A DNA stretch of 64,000 nucleotides, from the NCBI RefSeq assembly GCF_009914755.1, contig NC_060940.1, one strand, 5' to 3'. The stretch's first letter is position 1. Each line of letters opens with the position of its first letter. This document shows positions 10,854 to 23,943 of the stretch, piece by piece. This stretch comes from the human T2T-CHM13v2.0 reference genome, Homo sapiens. The notes below the pieces were generated by a model. It was given only the letters and a program-made list of their open reading frames with translations, did no database searches and had not been told where the DNA came from. The translations under genes were made by a program, and so were the position numbers.

Positions 10854-12302
10854 CCGGACACGGGGCTCTCAGCACCCCTTCCCCTGGGGGGCGGAAGCCC
10901 AAAGTGAGCATCAGTGGCCAGTAGCCCCTGGCCGGCAAGGGGAGCCCTGTCCCGCAGGCCAGGCGAAGGCAGGATCCTGTCCCCGGAGGGGAGCACTGAC
11001 CTCCCTGATGAGCGTCCTCCAAGTTCAGTCATGCATCCTCCGCCCGCCTGGATTCCTGTGATACTGATTTATGTACGTTACTCACATTTTCACACACAGC
11101 TCCCCCAAACTCTCCCTGTGGAAGACGCATCCTCGGTGAATCGTGGGGATCCCACCCTGCCGCCCTGCTGGGCCTGTTTTCTCTGCCCAGGCCTGAGCCA
11201 CTGGGGGCAGGGGTGGGGGCTGCTTCCTGGGGTCCGCCCACACCTCGGCTTTACCAGATGTGGATGGCCCCCGGGGGATCCTGGGTGGGCCTTGGCGGCC
11301 CGTGGGTCTGTGTCCACCTCTGGTCCACCTCCGCTCCACACCCGGGGCCTCAGGCCAGCCACCCACCACGCATGGGATGTGGTTTCTGGTGGGAACAGAG
11401 ACAGGCAGGTCCCAGCACCGCTGTCCTGCCCACCCCACACCCTGTCATCGGGCAGAGCCAGTGGCGCAGCCTCCAGGATCCCAGGATGGGGTGCCCATCG
11501 CCCTGTCTCTTGCTGGCAGAGCCGAGGGCGCAATCGGGGAGAAGCAGGTATGCCACCCCCTGTGGAGCCCCACAGAGGCCCCGGGTACAGGGTGGGTTTC
11601 TGTCGGCCTCCGTCTCCGTCTCACTTGCTCCAAGCAGCATGACCTCAGGGGGCCTCAGGTGCACCCTGAAGGCCAGAGTCCTGGGGTCTGCTGAGGGGGC
11701 ACCAGGCCCTGGAGTGCTGGAGGGTGAGGCTGGGCGGCCTCCTTCCCCGGCCTCTCCTGGCTGGCCTCTAGGTGTGGCCACATTCCCTGATCTCTGTTCT
11801 CTGGCACTCCCTGGTGTGTGGGTGGCCGGGGCACCTGTGGGCCCTGTCGGTGAAGGCGTCAGGGAGGGGCCGCCTTGGAGCTCTAGTGCATCTGGGGTTA
11901 AGAGGCTCCAGTCTGGCTTCTGAAGATGCTCTGGGCAGGCGGAGCCCATCAGCTGCTGCCATGAGATAAGGCCTGGGGAGTGGGTTGCAGAGCAGGTGCC
12001 GAGGACCAAGAGAGTGCGTGTTCTCCCCACCCGACCGTCACACCCCCACCCGCCCTGCACCCCCCAGTCCTGCCCCCCGGGAGGCCACCGGTCAAGGGCA
12101 CAGAGCTGCCCTGGAGCCCGTACCTGGGTGAGCCCTGCCCCCTGCACACGGTGTGTGACTGCTAACAGATGCTGCCCTCTGTGCCTGGACCTCAAGCTTG
12201 GAGCCCCATGCCACATCTCAGGCTGTGGGCAGCGCCGAGCCTCTGTGGCTTCTGTCCTCCTGCTGCCGGCCTCTCGTTCTAGGGCCGCCTGAGGCTTGCT
12301 CA

Positions 12303-12819
<517 letters not shown>

Positions 12820-12878
12820 TCACCTTCCGGTGGCTTCCCAAGCCCCAGGGAGCCCCCCACACCATGTCCTACTCCCTA

Positions 12879-13106
12879 CAGCAGTGACTGCCAACTGGGG
12901 TGACTCTGCCCCCACAAGGGACATGTGGGGGTGTCTGCAGAGGATCTCAGCTGTCATGACGCGGGGGCGGGGGAAGAGGCACTCCTGGTACCTGATGGGT
13001 AGAAGTCAGGAATGCGGCTTAGCTGCCTGCCACAGGGCCCAGGACTGCCCCACCATGGGGGTGAGCAGCCGGAATCCCGGCAGTGCCCAGGTGGGGAGGC
13101 CGCTCC
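12879..13106. mobile_element. MER20 (hAT-Charlie DNA transposon), diverged
   Basis: cagcagtgactgccaactggggtgactctgcccccacaagggacatgtggg...ctgtcatgac...tgggtagaagtcaggaatgcggc...caggactgccccacc...gtgcccaggtggggag is colinear with the recalled MER20 consensus. Confidence 0.7.
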
Positions 13107-16100
13107 GGGGACAGCCCCCTTTCCTGCTGGAGGTTGTGAGGAAACGGTGGGAAAGGAGCGTGTGCTCCCTAGAACTGGAGCACTCCCTGGGCTCAGCAGG
13201 CCCGAGGGCAACTCCAGTGCATCGGAGGGACGCCAGGTCTGCGGGCGGCAGGCAGATAGCCTGGCCAGGCCCTCACATGCCCACCGCCAGCACCAGCCTG
13301 GAAATGGACCTGGAGGGGCCGGGCTCCACCCGGCACTTAGACCAAAGAGCCCTGAAAATAGACGCAGAGAAAATCAGCCACGGCTCCCAGGCCCCAGAGG
13401 TCCTCCCGGGAGCAGGACGTGGCCTGGAGCCACTTAGCTGATGGAATGGGGCGTTCAGAGCTGTGCTGTGGTCTCCACCTCTCTACCGAGGAAGCAAACA
13501 GTCTGGGGTGCGGGGGTTAGCAAGGTCACCGCGCCTGGCCCCTTCCCCGCCCCCCTCTGCTCCCCCGGCCTCCCCCGTTCGCTCCCCCCGCCTACCCTCC
13601 CCAACTCAGGGTCCTCAACCCCCAGGATGCCCCCCCACAACCTCCAGCCCATGATCTGTGGTCCAGGGGACCCTCCCCGCCCCCACCTTCCTTTCCACAG
13701 GGGCGGCCTTGCCCTGGAGGCCCCACACCCTCCCCTCTCCCCTGCCTGGGTGCTGGATCACCCCTCACCCTGTCCCCACAGGCCCAGGATGGCTGAGGCC
13801 CTGCCCCCACCCCTGCCGAGGTGGGTCCCCCCAGCCTCCCACAGCTCCATGTGGTCACCATCGACCCCACAGACGAAATTGAAGCTGGAGTACGGGGAAG
13901 GGCCCCCCCAGCTGCGGAGCCTCCACCTGCAGGAGCTGCCAGGAGGGAGGGGCGGGGACGAGATCCCAGGCCGAGCCCAGCCATCCCGCGCCCCCGCCTT
14001 CCCCCAAGGCCCTGTCTGACCCTGCAGACGGACTCAATCTCCAATCCCTGCTTCCCTGGACAGATGCTTCTGGAAGGTTCCCTCAAGGAGGACAGCTGCC
14101 CCCTGTGCCTGGTGTTCCTGACTCTGAGCCAGGGCCGGGAGGGAGCCCCTCCCCTCCCTGAATGCTGGGGACGTCCCTGTCACAGGGTCTGCTGGAGGCT
14201 GCAGACTTCCCGAGGCCTCGTCTTCACCAGCCTGAGCCAGGGAGTTGGTCGGACGGGAGAGGGACAGAGGGGAAAGCAGGGAGGGACGCCAGGGAGGAGC
14301 CCCCGTGCCTCTGAGTGTGGCTTCTGGGGGCCCGGGCGGACCCCCACTCCCCACCGCAGGACAGGGAGGCGGTGCCACCTGGCCCTGGACCACCGAGGCC
14401 AAGGTCTCACAGGAAGCTCAGCCTCCAGCCCCTGCAGATCCGCACGGCAGCCGCAGACATCCTGAGGACGACGCGTCCTGGGGTCCCAGCTGCACGAGGC
14501 TCAGGACAGAGCTGGGGGTGTCAGCGACAATATTTCCCTCGCTCGTACATTCCTTGGTAATAAAAACACAAGCGGAACACAGTCTGATGACTCCTTTTGA
14601 GAATCAGGTCAGATTGTTCCCAAGGCCAAGAGCAAGGGAGGAAGGGAGCCCGGGGCCGCTCAGACGACCCGGCAGGAGAAGCCCCGGACACGGCTGGACA
14701 CCGCGGCCACACAGGGAAGCAGGGGCTGGGTGGGGTCTTCCAGCTGGGAGAGGGGCCAGGTGCAAAGGTACGGAAGGGTGTCCCCGAGACCCCGGGGGCT
14801 GGGGCTACAGGGTCAGGAGGGCCTCCGGCCAAGGCTGTAGACCCGGCTGCGCCCACCTTCAGCCACCCCCACCGCCTGCACCCCCCCAGGCTCCCCCGCC
14901 TGTGCCCAGACCTCCAGAGCTGGCCAGGCCACGTGCCCGGCTCCACAGGCCCATGTGGGTCCATCGGGAAGGGACCAGGAGGGGTCAGACGGGCTCCTGC
15001 CCACCTGTGGGGGGGCCAGGAGTTCAGGTCACTGCGGTGCCCCCACCTCCTGGGGTCCCAGGGGAGGCCTGGGAAGGCGTGGCTGGCTGGGGGGCCTGGA
15101 ACCTAACCGGAGGAGGAGGAGGAAAGATGAAGGCTCCACTCCCATCCCAGCCTGGCCTTGTTTCCCATCCGTAAGGGTCAGCTATCTCCAGCTGCTGTGC
15201 CGGCCCCTGCGTCAGATCCTCTGACGTGGGCTCAGGTGTGAACGCAGCCCCTGTGCGTGGATGCCTCTCCCGGCACGAGTCCTGGTGAGTCTCCACCTCC
15301 CCCAGGCTGGGTGGGGAAAAGGACCGAGAAGGCTTCCAGACACTGGGGCCCGGAGCAGAGCCTCCAGGGAGGCACAGGGAGGCCCAGTCTTGGGTCCTGA
15401 GCCCTCTGGAGGCCAAAAGGGCAGTGAGGAGGCGAGAGGGGTGCTCTCAGCCCTGGCCCCAGGGTCCCCAGGCCCCTCTGCCCAGCCTGGCACCTTCGCC
15501 AGCCCTGCCTGCTGAGCGTGGAGCAGCCTCCGCGGAAGGTGAGCTCTGCCCAGGTCCTGGAGGTGCGGCCTCTGCTCCATCGCGGCCTGGGGCCCAGGAG
15601 GCCAGGAAGGAGAGCGAGTGGGCGCTGGCAGACAGTGGGCAGGGCCAGGGCCTGCGGACAGGCTCCAGCACCAGCCTGTGAGCAGCTGCCCAGCCTCTTG
15701 GCCTGTGAGCCCTGAGCAGGTGTGAAGACGGAGTTGAGGTGGGGACCCCCACCCGTCACAGACACCAACGACAGTGATTGCAGCCAATTCTCTGAAACCG
15801 CTGGGCCCTCGACAGTGTCTCTGGGTGCCGCTGACCAGGTGCCTGGCTGGCGTTGGCCCTCTTGGGCCCTCGAGAGGTGCAGGGAGGGTTCTTGGAATTG
15901 GGGCCCTCTTTCCTGGGGGAGAGATGCAGGCATGGCCTCCCCAGTAGCCACCGGGGGAAGGTGAGGTCTCCCCATGGCCCTGCGGGCCGAGCAAGGCCAG
16001 AGTCGGGCCCCTCCCTCCAGGCCCCGGCGCGGCTCTGTGTGGATGTTAGTGAGGGATCGCCCCTTGCCCGCAGCCCACACAATGAGCCTGAGATGATGTG

Positions 16101-16928
16101 GCCGATATGGCCAGCAGGGTGGGAGCAGGCCCCTCCCACGGCGGTAACGCACTTCACGTTGTTATAAATCTTGATTTCCTTCACAAAAGAGGAAAGGGCA
16201 CTCTGGGACCCCGCCTTGGCAAGGGACAGGCGTCTTGGTCTAACAGACAGCACTTACTCTGGGTGGACAGGAAATTCTTTCCCAGTAGGGCCACGGCTGG
16301 GCTCTGAGCCTACCCCCAGGGACCAGCCACACACCCCCAATCCCCACTCAGAATCCTGTCTCCCTCCTCCCATCTCTCTGGCATCTTCAGGCCCACCCAG
16401 GACCCCCTCCTGATGCATTCCACGGCTGCCCCAGCTCCCCGATGCCCCCCTGCTGCCCCCAGCTCCATCTTGTGCACCGAGCAGCCCCGCAAGGCACAGC
16501 TGAGCTCGCTCCTGACCAAGCAGAGGGTCCTCCAGGGCTTGGGGCGAGTGGCTGAGGGCCCCCCGCTGCAGCAGGCCTGGGGCCCTCCTCCAGGGCACGT
16601 CTTGATCACGGCCAGAGTCCCAGAAGTGCCACCACTCAGCCCTGGCGTGGGCATGAGGCACGTCAGGTCTGGAGGAGCTGCCTGCACACCCTGGCCTGGA
16701 GAGGCCTGGCCACCTGAGGCCACCAGACCCTGGACAGAGGCCCTGACGCCACCCACTTCCCCAAGGGCCGGCAGGAGTCATAGGATGGCAGCGGGGGCTG
16801 CGGGCCCATCTCATCGGAAGCGGGTGGGTTCCCTTGAGATAACAGCATTTGCATTTTTTCACATTTGCCATAAGCTGCCAGCCACCTGCTCTAAGGATTT
16901 CCCCGATAATCATTGCTCAGGGCAACAG

Positions 16929-17270
16929 ATTAGCTTCCTAGGGCTGTCCTGACCGCAAGCCACAAACCTGGTGGCTAGAACAACAAACTGTCCTCCCAGG
17001 CGCTGGAGGCCGAGTCCGATCTGGGCATCGTCAGGGTGCGGCTTCCTCCAGAGGCTCCAGGGAGGATCCTTCCGGCCTCTGCCGGCCCCGGGGCCCCCAG
17101 TTCCCAGCCTTGTGGCTGTTTCCGGTGCTGGGGCCCAGAGGGGCTCAGGTGTGGCGTGTCCGGCCAGGGGCTGCAGCCGGCGCGGTACAAGGCTGTCGTG
17201 GGAGACCGGGTTGGGTGGAGCTGGGGCCACAAGATTTGATTTCCGTGCCGTGGGAGACGCACAGGTGGGG
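16929..17270 (-). mobile_element. MaLR LTR fragment (MLT1-like)
   Basis: attagcttcctagggctg...ccacaaacctggtggctagaacaacaaa...ctggaggccgagtccga...ggctccagggaggatccttcc; right boundary approximate. Confidence 0.6.
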
Positions 17271-20019
17271 CCGGGTGCCCCCAGGGGCCTGACTCTGTTT
17301 GCCCGGTTAATAGACCTGAGGACGCAGGGGTCCCCACCCACCGCAGGCCCTGGCCAGAGAGGGACACAAATGGCCACGGTGTACTCTGGGAATGTGGCCT
17401 GTTTCTATGACGACGAGGCCCTCCTGATCTCAGCGGAGAAATGCTCGCCAGGCTGGGGGTGGGGGCCGAGCCGGACCCCCACTGCCAAGCAAGGGTCGGG
17501 GCTCCCACAGGGCCGCCTCCCTCCCGCCGGTGTCCGGGGCTGCCTGGGGTTCCTTGAGCTGGGGGGCCTGCCATGCAGTCCCGTCTCCCGCGGGTCCCCT
17601 CGCCCCGACATCCCCTCAACATGTCCCGCAGGCCCGGGGTCCTGTCAGGGGAAACCGGCTCCCCCGGCTCCCGGGTCTCAGTTCCGACATCACCTGCACC
17701 TCAGCCTCCCGGCTTGTGGGCTGGAATTCTCCATCTTGTCCTAAATGTTTCCCATGAAACTCCCTCCCATGCACAACAGGGAGGCCTAGAAGCTAAGCCC
17801 CTTTCCCCGGAGCCCCGAGCCCGGCCGGGGAAGGTGTCGAGTCAGTGGCAGAGTGGAGGTGAGGGCGCGTTTCAGGGGCGACACCCCTCCACGCACCCGT
17901 AGTGGCCAAGCCCACCTCCGGGGGTTCCCGGGCCCCAGAGTGGACACGAGTGCCCAGGGGGCTGGGCCCAAGCCAGGGAGGGTCTGTCGGCCCCTCCCCA
18001 CCCCGGGGACCAAGCGTGCCTTTCCGAGGGCCAGATTCACACATCCCCCGGCCCGGGGGGTGACTTCTCCGTGCCCTGGGGTTCTTAACAAAGCGCCCGA
18101 TGTCCTGCCTGAACTCTGGTCTGCGGTGTCGGTGATAAATTGATATTTTTAAACTCTTTAATGGTGTGCGAGTGACATAATGGCGCTCACCATCCCATAA
18201 TTGTCCCGGATCAATAGGGACCATTCAGCTTCAGCCAGGCCGCCCCTCGGGGCCCCCGCCTATCCCCACAGCTCCGTCTGGATACCCCGGACGGCACCGG
18301 AGACTCAGAGGCCAGGAAAATCATTTCTGGGAGGACACAGTTGCTGGAGTCGAGAGAGGCCCAGGGAGGGTTTGGCTGGGCCTGGGTCCCCGAGGGGCTG
18401 GGGGCTGAGGGCCACAGCCCTGGGCAGGATGCATGTCCTCATCTGGCAGCCGGGGCCACCCCAAGGTCCAAGCTGAGGCAGGTTCCCGTGCAGCCCCGGG
18501 GGTCCCGCCTAGAGGCCCTGGTGAGAAAGCACTCTGTGTGTGAGGGGCACAGGGATGCTGGGGCCTGGGTGACCAGCCAGCCCCTCGCCGAGCCCTCTCG
18601 GGTCCCTGGGCCTGTCCCCAGCTCTCCTGGTGATGTCAAAGGCCTGAGTCATGCATGAGAGGCAGCCTGGAGCGAGAGGGGACTCCGTCCGCAGCCTCTG
18701 CTTCAGCCAAACATTGAAACAATCGCTCCTGAGGGTGACGTGTGAACACGCTCAGGCAGACAAGACATTGTTTGGGCCCCGATTATCTTCAAGAGAGAGA
18801 AACAGGGTACTCTGTGGGGCTGCTCTGACTGGACGGACATGAGAGGAGGTCCTGATGCCGGGCTGATGTACCCCACGCGCAGGCGTGAGGCGAGGACGTC
18901 CCAAAGCCAGGGGCCTCCTTGTGCTCCTCCCTGCCCACCTAGAGACACAGGTGCGTCTTGTGACCTGCCCACTGGCCAGCTGTTTCCCACAGTTCCAGGG
19001 TGGGCAGGGCCGTGTCTCAGCTCAGAAGGAAAAGTCCTAAATTCTCTGCCCCAAGTGGCAAAAGTCCTGGGCCCAGCTCTGCGGTACGGTGTGAGGGAGG
19101 GCAGGGGGCAGGGACCCCAGAGACCAGGGGAGTTTCTGCAGGGGGTTCCCCGGGAGGATTCCCAGAGAGGCACCAGGGTGGGTGCTGGGCGACTGGGGGA
19201 GGGCCGCCTCCGTGACACGGACATTGGGGAATGGAGGGAGAGCGTGTGGGGGGACGTCCCAGCCCTCTTGTTCGGGGTCTGAGATGGGGGAGGACTCGTC
19301 CCCACACGCCGCTGGACCCCCCTGCTTGCCCTCTCCATACCTGGACAGGCCCAGTCCCTGGGAGCTCGCAGCCTCCTTCAGGAATCAACTCCTGATCCCT
19401 TCACTCAAGGACCATCTATGGCTCCCCACTGCCCATAAGAAAAATGTGCCCTCCCCTTAGCTGGCACCCAAGCCCTTCGATGACCTGCAACAGCTCTTTC
19501 CCTGCTGAGGCCTCAGGGCTGCTGTCGCCCCGTCCCGCCTGATCAGTCTCCCCCCAGGCCTGAACAAGCATATCAGCCCTGGTCCTACCTCCATACCCAC
19601 CCACAGCCCCTACCCAGCCTCCCCTGGCGCCCTCCCACACTCCTCAGCAGCGCGGCCCTGTCCTCTGAAGGCCCCTGGAGAGGCTGAGGTCCTGGGGTCT
19701 GCCCCATCAGTAGAGGGGGCCAGGCCAAGCAGGCTGGGAGGGTCCTGGGGATAGGGGGCTCAGCTCCCGCTGCCACAGGGCTGGGGGGCTGAGCCTGCGG
19801 GAGCCCCGTCCCTGGTTGCAGGTCAGCCAGTTGGGATGGGGGCCCAGGTCCCAGGCTGTGGGGCAGGCTCAGGGCCCTCCCTCTGCAGTCACCCCGCCCC
19901 CCAAGTTCTGAGCAGCCCCCGGCACCTGGGGCCGATCTACAGGTGCATTTTGTACATAGAATCTGACCCACAGGTTGTTTGTTGGATAAGGGGAAAATCC
20001 CGGAATCCAGGAGGCCCGT

Positions 20020-20067
20020 GCGCCTTCACCTCCGGCCTCCCGCGCGCCTTCACCTCCGGCCTCCCGT
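20020..20067. repeat. 24-bp tandem duplication (gcgccttcacctccggcctcccgc) x2
   Basis: Directly visible. Confidence 0.85.
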
Positions 20068-23000
20068 GTGCAGTTGAGGGTCTCGTCGGCCTGCAGGTCC
20101 AGCGGCTGCAACTGGGCAGCCCCTCCTCCTGGGAGTGGCGGGGACTGGCATTTGTGGTCTTCGGAAGCCCCTGGACCCTCTGCAGGAGCCTTGGCTTTGG
20201 GCTTCTGGGGTTCCCGGGTGCCCGGATTCCTGGCTGCCCTGTGCCTCCAGGACCCCAGGAGGGAGAGATGGCCTGACCCAGGCCTGGCCCCAGTGGGGAA
20301 CCCAGCAGTGCCAGAGGGCGGGGGCAGGAGGTGCCCTGTGGGGCTGCCCTTTGAGCTGTGCCAGGCCTCTGGGCACTGCACGCCTGGGAAAGCCCCTCTG
20401 TTGCCCCCAGGACAGACCCTTGTACAAAGCTGGGACTTCCCTCCAGGGACCCCTCCCTGCCCGGCCAGGGGAGCCTCCCCCGACTGCCTGCGCTGCCCCC
20501 GGGACCCCAGCGTCCAAGGTGGGTCAGGCTGGACTGTGGGGCTGGGGGAAGCCGGGCAGCTCTTCTGATCGGCTCCTGGGCCAGCGCTGAGTTCAAGTTT
20601 AAGTTGCTGGAGCAGGCACTGCAGGCCTGGGGGAGGGGCTCGGCTCTGTTCTGTGGGTGAACCCTGGGCCCAAAGCTGTGACGTTTAGATTTAACAGCAG
20701 GAGGTGAGGGTGGTGGCGGGAGGAGCCCTGGCCATCTGGTGGATGGAAGGACAGGAGGCCACGGGGGCTCCAGGCACAGCTGTCCCTGCGTCGGCGGGTG
20801 GAGGGGCAGGGTGCAGAGGTCCCCATCCCTGGACGTAGAAACCAGGGCCAAGGGGTCACCATGCACCGACACCTTTCAAGCCCACCCCACCCCGTAATCC
20901 TCTCCGCCCCTCAGCATTTCCTGCCTCTCCCTAAAGCTCCCAGGCCAAGGGGAGAGAAGAGGGAGGCTGGGGCCAGTGTGGCCTGGGCCGAGCCCCCGTT
21001 GGGCTGGACGGGAGAACACAGTAGAGGGGTCTTGGTGCCAATGCCCCTCCGCCCTGCTGGCCGCCCCAGCTGGTACCTGAGCAGGGGACCCCCCCAGGCC
21101 CAGGAGGCCCTGGTTGGCACAAGGATTCGGAAGCACAGGTAGCGGCCCAGGTGGGCAACCAAAGCCCAGGCCACCGGGGGACCCGGGGGCTTCCCCTCGG
21201 GGCGGGCAGGTCGGGGCACCGGCCACTGGGCCACAGCTGTTTAGAGCGGGTTGGGCCCCCTGTTGCCAGGGAAGACTGAGGCTCAGCGTTGCCTGCAGCG
21301 TGGGGGGCTGGGGTCCCTCGAGGTCGTCCCATGGAAGGATGGGGCCACACCCAGAAGCCCCCACCCACATGGAGGCCTCCCCTCCACCCAGGCCCTGACC
21401 CTTCCGGGGGATCTGCAGGACTGACGTGCAGGGAGCACCCCACTCCTAGCCTGAATTGGCAGGAGGTCTGAGTTCAGGAGAAAATGGACCACGGAAGGTG
21501 CCGGAAGACCCTGCCCCCCACCCAGCAGGGTCCTGAGTGGGCCCAGCTGGGCGCTCCAGCTCCCCTGGCCAGGTGTGGGGCTCGGCCCTCAGGGAGTGCA
21601 CCACGCTGGACCCCTGGCCAGCAGGATTGACATCCTGGGGCTCCCATGCCTGGCTGGAGGCCCCCACCGCCCTCACCACAGGAAGCCCTGGAACAGTGTC
21701 CCAGGACAGTGGGGACCTCCCGGGTGGGGCCGCCTCTGACACCCTGATGTTCCTCTCTGGGAGCCTGTGGGGCCCCCATCCTCTGGCCTGCAGGGCCTCT
21801 GGGCTGTGGTCACCCCGGACTGTCGGAGCACCGCCAGGCCACCCAGGATGACCACTGCACTTTTGGGGAAGCTGAGGCCTATGGAGATGGGGCTAAACCC
21901 TGGTAACCCCCCAACCCTGCTCTGCACAGCGGCCCATGGAGACCTGGCCTTGCCCGAAGTGGCCCAGGAGGGGCTGCACCCAGCACGGCCTCTCCTCACT
22001 GTGGCCCAGGCAGAGGGGACAGGCAGCTCCTGCTGTCATTTTGGGTCCAGCAGGAAGGTCCCCTACCACCCCCTGAGCCTGGAGTTCCACCATCGAAGCT
22101 GCTTGGCCTCTCAGCTCTAAGCCACAGCAGCCGCTGGGAGAACTGTCAGCCCCTCCCGGGAGCAGGACTGGGAGTGGGAGCCTGGAGCTCCCAGGGCCAC
22201 CCCTTCCTCCAGGGCCGGCGGGCCACGCCTCCCTCTCCCAGCCATCCAGTGTTAACACCGCCTCGCCTTAGCAAGCGGCAAGACATAAATATTGGAACCT
22301 GGGTTCCTCCGCCCTACGGAGATGGTGACGCCGGATGCGCGAGGCAGTTGCCTGGCAACCCTGCTGCCGGCACCCACGCAGGCCCAGCCCTGCCTCCACT
22401 CAGCACCTCCTGCTCGGGGCTCCAGCTGGCCAGGCTCTGAGGGGACTGGGTGCAGACCCCCTCTGGAGATGGGCCAGGCTGACTCCCTGTCCCCTGGGGT
22501 GGGCTTCGGCCCATAGGCCCCAATGGTGGAGCAGAAGGGGGCCCTGGCCGAATCCCTCTGGACGGGTGGGGTGTCTGCCAGCCGACTCTCCTATCCACAG
22601 CGGCCTGTTGCCCCAGGGCACCTGCCCCCAAAAGACAAAGAGAAAGCCAGAGAGTCCCCACCAAGAGCACCCTGGCCCCACTCCAGCCTGAGTGACCTCT
22701 GGAGCTCCGGCCTCTTTGCCATCCTCGGATGAGGAACTGAGGCACAGAGGCTGGGCCAGCCCGTGGCCAGGTGGCGGGTTGGCCCCATCAGGGGCAGGAC
22801 CGGCTGATTTGAGAAGTGGAAACCCAGTTTTAGACCGGAGGGTGATGTTGCCCGTCCCCGTGTGATGTGTGATCCGAGGCAGACCTGGGCGAGGGGAGGC
22901 TCCCAGTGAGACATCAGTGACATTGCAGCAGAGGCTGAGGGGCCCTCGGGCTCCAGCTCCCCGGTGCTGGAACCGACTCCATGGTCACCTGGTGAGGGAG

Positions 23001-23857
23001 GCCCAGGTGCTGAGAGCCACCTGCAATCATACGGCCGGGCCAGAGCTGGAACTGAGAGGCCCCCGCCCCTCTCCCCACCGCCTGCTGTCCGGAGGGGGCT
23101 CTGGGGACCGAGGAGCCCTCTCCCCACCCAGGACTCACCCACCTGGAGTCCCTTTGCTGTTTCATCTCTGCAGAGGCCTCTGCAGCCCCACAGCCCCACT
23201 TGCTCCCCCTCCCAGAGGGGCTCAGGGCCCTCCCCCCGCCCTCCCCCCACCACCCTCCCCCCTCCCCTTCAGGGCTCCGGGCCCCTCTGCAGCCAGTCTG
23301 GATGGTGAAGACACTGTGGGGACAGAGTAGGCAGAAAGCCCTGCAGGAGAGAGCTGGGGACGTAAATCTGGTGACAGACCCCAGGGACTGGTTCAGGGCA
23401 GGGAAGGAGGCGGCCAGGCATTGGGGGTGGGGCCGTCCTGAGCCAGGTAGCGGAGGCCCTGGGGAAGGTGCCCGAAGGTCCCCGAGGAGGGGGAATGGGC
23501 TGCATGGGGAGGGGATGGCGAGGGCAAAGGCACAGGGTAGCCTGAGCTCCCTGTGCAGGGGGTGGCCTGAGGCCAGTGCAGACGGGGCCACCCCATCTTC
23601 AGGAGGAGGCGGACATGAAGGGTGCAGGGCTGCTCCAGCTTTCTTGGGACAGGCCACCAGCAAGCTCAGCAGGCTCGGGGAGGGGCCGTTCCTCAGCTCT
23701 GCTTCCCACAGATAAAGCTGGACAGAGACCCCGCGCCACCCAGCTCCAGGGACAGAGCCGAGCTCCAGGCCCAACCGAAGCTCCAGGGCCCAGCAGAAGC
23801 CCCACCACACCAGGGCCTCCCCTCCCTTAACTTCCACGGCCCTGGGCGCCCTCCTGT

Positions 23858-23943
23858 AGCCCCCACTGCAGTCTGAGGCCCTCTGCTGTCGTCCCACCTC
23901 CAGCCCCCACTGCAGTCCGAGGCCCCCTGCTGTCGTCCCACCT
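23858..23943. repeat. 44-bp tandem duplication x2
   Basis: agcccccactgcagtc(t/c)gaggccc(t/c)ctgctgtcgtcccacct repeated. Confidence 0.9.

Noticed and set aside
9485-10924. 479-aa ORF and overlapping 284-aa ORF rich in H/P/T/L/S
   Set aside because: They stay open only because the C/A-rich minisatellite lacks stop codons; there are no splice or homology signals.
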